NCBI GenBank assembly: GCA_964016885.1
Contig: OZ024740.1
Coordinates: forward strand, 421,600,001 to 421,664,000
DNA: 64,000 nucleotides
Origin: Eledone cirrhosa
Lineage: Eukaryota
Direction: 5' to 3'
In this document: positions 58,101 through 64,000 of the stretch, piece after piece
Layout: each line of letters begins with the position of its first letter
Numbering within the stretch: position 1 is the stretch's first letter
Notes under the pieces: model-generated
Seen by the model: only the letters and a program-made list of their open reading frames with translations
Databases searched by the model: none
Told to the model about the DNA's origin: nothing
Translations under genes and position numbers: made by a program

Positions 58101-61100
58101 ATGTGTCATATTAAACCTACATAGAAAGGTGGAGTAACATAGATATATGTGTCATATTAAACCTACATAGAAAGGTGGATTAACATAGATATATGTGTCA
58201 TATTAAACCAACATAGAAAGGTGGATTAACATAGATATACGTGTCATATTAAACCTACATAGAAAGGTGAATTAACTTAGATATATGTGTCATATTAAAC
58301 CTACATAGAAAGGTGGATTAACATAGATATATGTGTCATATTAAACCTACATAGAAAGGTGGATTAACATAGATATATGTGTCATATTAAACCTACATAG
58401 AAAGGTGAATTAACTTAGATATATGTGTCATATTAAACCTACATAGAAAGGTGGATTAACATAGATATATGTGTCATATTAAACCTACATAGAAAGGTGA
58501 ATTAACTTAGATATATGTGTCATATTAAACCAACATAGAAAGGTGGATTAACATAGATATACGTGTCATATTAAACCTACATAGAAAGGTGAATTAACTT
58601 AGATATATGTGTCATATTAAACCTACATAGAAAGGTGGATTAATATAGATATATGTGTCATATTAAACCTACATAGAAAGGTGGATTAACATAGATATAT
58701 GTGTCATATTAAGCCTACATAGAAAGGTGAATTAACTTAGATATATGTGTCATATTAAACCTTCATGGAAAGGTGGATTAACATAGATATATGTGTCATA
58801 TTAAACCTACATAGAAAGGTGAATTAACATAGATATATGTGTCATATTAAACCTACATAGAAAGGTGGATTAACTTAGATATATGTGTCATATTAAACCA
58901 ACATAGAAAGGTGGATTAACATAGATATATGTGTCATATTAAACCTACATAAAAAGGTGGATTAACTTAGATATATGTGTCATATTAAACCTACATAGAA
59001 AGATGAATGAACTTAGATATATGTGTCATATTAAACCTACATAAAAAGGTGAATTAACTTAGATATATGTGTCATATTAAACCTTCATAGAAAGGTGGAT
59101 TAACTTAGATATGTGTGTCATATTAAACCTAAATAGAAGGGTGGATTAACATAGATATATGTGTCATATTAAACCTACATAGAAAGCTGAATTAACTTAG
59201 ATATATGTGTCATATTAAACCTAAATAGAAAGGTGGATTAACATAGATATATGTGTCATATTAAACCTACATAGAAAGGTGGATTAACATAGATATACGT
59301 GTCATATTAAACCTACATAGAAAGGTGGATTAACATAGATATATGTGTCATATTAAACCTACATAGAAAGGTGGATTAACATAGATATATGTGTCATATT
59401 AAACCTACATAGAAAGGTGGATTAACATAGATATATGTGTCATATTAAACCTACATAGAAAGGTGAATTAACATAGATATATGTGTCATATTAAACCTAC
59501 ATAGAAAGGTGGATTAACTTAGATATATGTGTGTCATATTAAACCTACATAGAAAGATGAATGAACTTAGATATATGTGTCATATTAAACCTTCATAGAA
59601 AGGTGGATTAACTTAGATATGTGTGTCATATTAAACCTAAATAGAAGGGTGGATTAACATAGATATATGTGTCATATTAAACCTACATAGAAAGCTGAAT
59701 TAACTTAGATATATGTGTCATATTAAACCTACATGGAAAGGTGGATTAACATAGATATATGTGTCATATTAAACCTACATAGAAAGGTGGATTAACATAG
59801 ATATATGTGTCATATTAAACCTACATAGAAAGGTGAATTAACTTAGATATATGTGTCATATTAAACCTACATAGAAAGGTGAAGTAACTTAGATATATGT
59901 GTCATATTAAACCTACATAGAAAGGTGAATTAACTTAGATATATGTGTCATATTAAACCTACATAGAAAGGTGAATTAACTTAGATATATGTGTCATATT
60001 AAACCTACATAGAAAGGTGGATTAACTTAGATATGTGTGTCATATTAAACCTAAATAGAAAGGTGGATTAACATAGATATATGTGTCATATTAAACCTAC
60101 ATAGAAAGGTGAATTAACTTAGATATGTGTCATATTAAACCTTCATGGAAAGGTGGATTAACATAGATATATGTGTCATATTAAACCTACATAGAAAGGT
60201 GGATTAACATAGATATATGTGTCATATTAAACCAACATAAAAAGGTGGATTAACATAGATATACGTGTCATATTAAACCTACATAGAAAGGTGAATTAAC
60301 TTAGATATATGTGTCATATTAAACCTACATAGAAAGGTGGATTAACATAGATATATGTGTCATATTAAACCTACATAGAAAGGTGGATTAACATAGATAT
60401 ATGTGTCATATTAAACCTACATAGAAAGGTGAATTAACTTAGATGTATGTGTCATATTAAACCTTCATGGAAAGGTGGATTAACATAGATATATGTGTCA
60501 TATTAAACCTACATAGAAAGGTGAATTAACATAGATATATGTGTCATATTAAACCTACATAGAAAGGTGGATTAACTTAGATATATGTGTCATATTAAAC
60601 CAACATAGAAAGGTGGATTAACATAGATATATGTGTCATATTAAACCTACATAGAAAGGTGGATTAACTTAGATATATGTGTCATATTAAACCTACATAG
60701 AAAGATGAATGAACTTAGATATATGTGTCATATTAAACCTACATAAAAAGGTGAATTAACTTAGATATATGTGTCATATTAAACCTTCATAGAAAGGTGG
60801 ATTAACTTAGATATGTGTGTCATATTAAACCTAAATAGAAGGGTGGATTAACATAGATATATGTGTCATATTAAACCTACATAGAAAGCTGAATTAACTT
60901 AGATATATGTGTCATATTAAACCTAAATAGAAAGGTGGATTAACATAGATATATGTGTCATATTAAACCTACATAGAAAGGTGGATTAACATAGATATAC
61001 GTGTCATATTAAACCTACATAGAAAGGTGGATTAACATAGATATATGTGTCATATTAAACCTACATAGAAAGGTGGAGTAACATAGATATATGTGTCATA

Positions 61101-64000
61101 TTAAACCTACATAGAAAGGTGGATTAACATAGATATATGTGTCATATTAAACGTTCATAGAAAGGTGGATTAACTTAGATATGTGTGTCATATTAAACCT
61201 AAATAGAAGGGTGGATTAACATAGATATATGTGTCATATTAAACCTACATAGAAAGCTGAATTAACTTAGATATATGTGTCATATTAAACCTACATGGAA
61301 AGGTGGATTAACATAGATATATGTGTCATATTAAACCTACATAGAAAGGTGGAGTAACATAGATATATGTGTCATATTAAACCTACATAGAAAGGTGGAT
61401 TAACATAGATATATGTGTCATATTAAACCTACATAGAAAGGTGGATTAACTTAGATATATGTGTCATATTAAACCAACATAGAAAGGTGGATTAACATAG
61501 ATATATGTGTCATATTAAACCTACATAGAAAGGTGGATTAACTTAGATATATGTGTCATATTAAACCTACATAGAAAGGTGGATTAACTTAGATATATGT
61601 GTCATATCAAACCTACATAGAAAGGTGAATTAACTTAGATATATGTGTCATATTAAACCTACATAGAAAGGTGAATTAACTTAGATATATGTGTCATATT
61701 AAACCTACATAGAAAGGTGAATTAACTTAGATATGTGTCATATTAAACCTTCATGGAAAGGTGGATTAACATAGATATATGTGTCATATTAAACCTACAT
61801 AGAAAGGTGGATTAACATAGATATATGTGTCATATTAAACCTACATAGAAAGGTGGAGTAACATAGATATATGTGTCATATTAAACCTACATAGAAAGGT
61901 GGATTAACATAGATATATGTGTCATATTAAACCTACATAGAAAGGTGAATTAACATAGATATATGTGTCATATTAAACCTACATAGAAAGGTGGATTAAC
62001 TTAGATATATGTGTGTCATATTAAACCTACATAGAAAGATGAATGAACTTAGATATATGTGTCATATTAAACCTTCATAGAAAGGTGGATTAACTTAGAT
62101 ATGTGTGTCATATTAAACCTAAATAGAAGGGTGGATTAACATAGATATATGTGTCATATTAAACCTACATAGAAAGCTGAATTAACTTAGATATATGTGT
62201 CATATTAAACCTACATAGAAAGGTGAATTAACTTAGATATATGTGTCATATTAAACCTACATAGAAAGGTGGATTAACATAGATATATGTGTCATATTAA
62301 ACCTACATAGAAAGGTGGATTAACTTAGATATGTGTGTCATATTAAACCTACATAGAAAGGTGGATTAACATAGATATATGTGTCATATTAAACCTACAT
62401 AGAAAGGTGGAGTAACATAGATATATGTGTCATATTAAACCTACATAGAAAGGTGGAGTAACATAGATATATGTGTCATATTAAACCTACATAGAAAGGT
62501 GGATTAACATAGATATACGTGTCATATTAAACCTACATAGAAAGGTGGATTAACTTAGATATGTGTATCATATTAAACCTAAATAGAAAGGTGGATTAAC
62601 ATAGATATATGTGTCATATTAAACCTACATAGAAAGGTGGATTAACATAGATATATGTGTCATATTAAACCTACATAGAAAGCTGAATTAACTTAGATAT
62701 ATGTGTCATATTAAACCTACATGGAAAGGTGGATTAACATAGATATATGTGTCATATTAAACCTACTTAGAAAGGTGGAGTAACATAGATATATGTGTCA
62801 TATTAAACCTACATAGAAAGGTGGATTAACATAGATATATGTGTCATATTAAACCTACATAGAAAGGTGGATTAACATAGATATACGTGTCATATTAAAC
62901 CTACATAGAAAGGTGGATTAACTTAGATATGTGTATCATATTAAACCTAAATAGAAAGGTGGATTAACATAGATATATGTGTCATATTAAACCTACATAG
63001 AAAGGTGAATTAACTTAGATATGTGTCATATTAAACCTTCATGGAAAGGTGGATTGACATAGATATATGTGTCATATTAAACCTACATAGAAAGGTGGAT
63101 TAACATAGATATATGTGTCATATTAAACCTACATAGAAAGGTGGAGTAACATAGATATATGTGTCATATTAAACCTACATAGAAAGGTGGATTAACATAG
63201 ATATATGTGTCATATTAAACCAACATAGAAAGGTGGATTAACATAGATATACGTGTCATATTAAACCTACATAGAAAGGTGAATTAACTTAGATATATGT
63301 GTCATATTAAACCTACATAGAAAGGTGGATTAACATAGATATATGTGTCATATTAAACCTACATAGAAAGGTGGATTAACATAGATATATGTGTCATATT
63401 AAACCTACATAGAAAGGTGAATTAACTCAGATATATGTGTCATATTAAACCTACATAGAAAGGTGGATTAACATAGATATATGTGTCATATTAAACCTAC
63501 ATAGAAAGGTGAATTAACTTAGATATATGTGTCATATTAAACCAACATAGAAAGGTGGATTAACATAGATATACGTGTCATATTAAACCTACATAGAAAG
63601 GTGAATTAACTTAGATATATGTGTCATATTAAACCTACATAGAAAGGTGGATTAATATAGATATATGTGTCATATTAAACCTTCATGGAAAGGTGGATTA
63701 ACATAGATATATGTGTCATATTAAACCTACATAGAAAGGTGAATTAACATAGATATATGTGTCATATTAAACCTACATAGAAAGGTGGATTAACTTAGAT
63801 ATATGTGTCATATTAAACCAACATAGAAAGGTGGATTAACATAGATATATGTGTCATATTAAACCTACATAAAAAGGTGGATTAACTTAGATATATGTGT
63901 CATATTAAACCTACATAGAAAGATGAATGAACTTAGATATATGTGTCATATTAAACCTACATAAAAAGGTGAATTAACTTAGATATATGTGTCATATTAA
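13190..64000. repeat. Intronic 46-bp satellite array, about 1,100 head-to-tail units, running off the window end
   Basis: Unit aaacctacatagaaaggtg(g/a)attaac(a/t)tagatatatgtgtcatatt. First units start at 13191 and 13237 (period 46); 50,810/46 is about 1,100. Occasional 44- and 48-bp units arise from dinucleotide slippage. No inversion or foreign insertion was noticed. Confidence 0.99.
13195..13220 (-). promoter_or_regulatory. Functional 3' splice site of the EZH exon (candidate branch point, pyrimidine tract, TAG), part of the first satellite monomer
   Basis: Minus strand ctaAgttaAttcacctttctatgtag|, with candidate branch A at -23 (13217) or -18 (13212). The branch position is inferred. Confidence 0.8.

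Noticed and set aside
11328-64000. CRISPR-like appearance of the 37-bp and 46-bp repeats
   Set aside because: Units are head-to-tail with no unique spacers, there are no cas genes, and the context is a eukaryotic intron.

Overview
AT-rich eukaryotic (animal) genomic DNA; the repeat content suggests a mollusc, probably a cephalopod (inference). The window lies inside an Enhancer-of-zeste (EZH2/E(z)) gene on the minus strand. Two coding exons are visible: 13194-13100 (VYQFAIKE...TPPRKKKKKN-R) and 3750-3584 ([13 protein letters not shown]...pre-SET CXC start). They splice in frame at canonical GT-AG sites. Positions 1-13100 are intronic and full of decayed transposons (Tx1/L1-like, mariner, CR1/L2-like, R4/Dong-like, RTE, tRNA-SINEs, a TTAA MITE), microsatellites and 22/32/37-bp minisatellites. 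From 13190 to the window end (over 50 kb, about 1,100 units) runs a 46-bp satellite with higher-order structure. Its monomer is the exon's own 3' splice site: candidate branch point, pyrimidine tract, TAG and the first 5 exon bases. The pre-mRNA therefore carries about 1,100 tandem acceptor copies, nearly all followed by an in-frame stop and overlapped by a GTAGGT donor-like motif.
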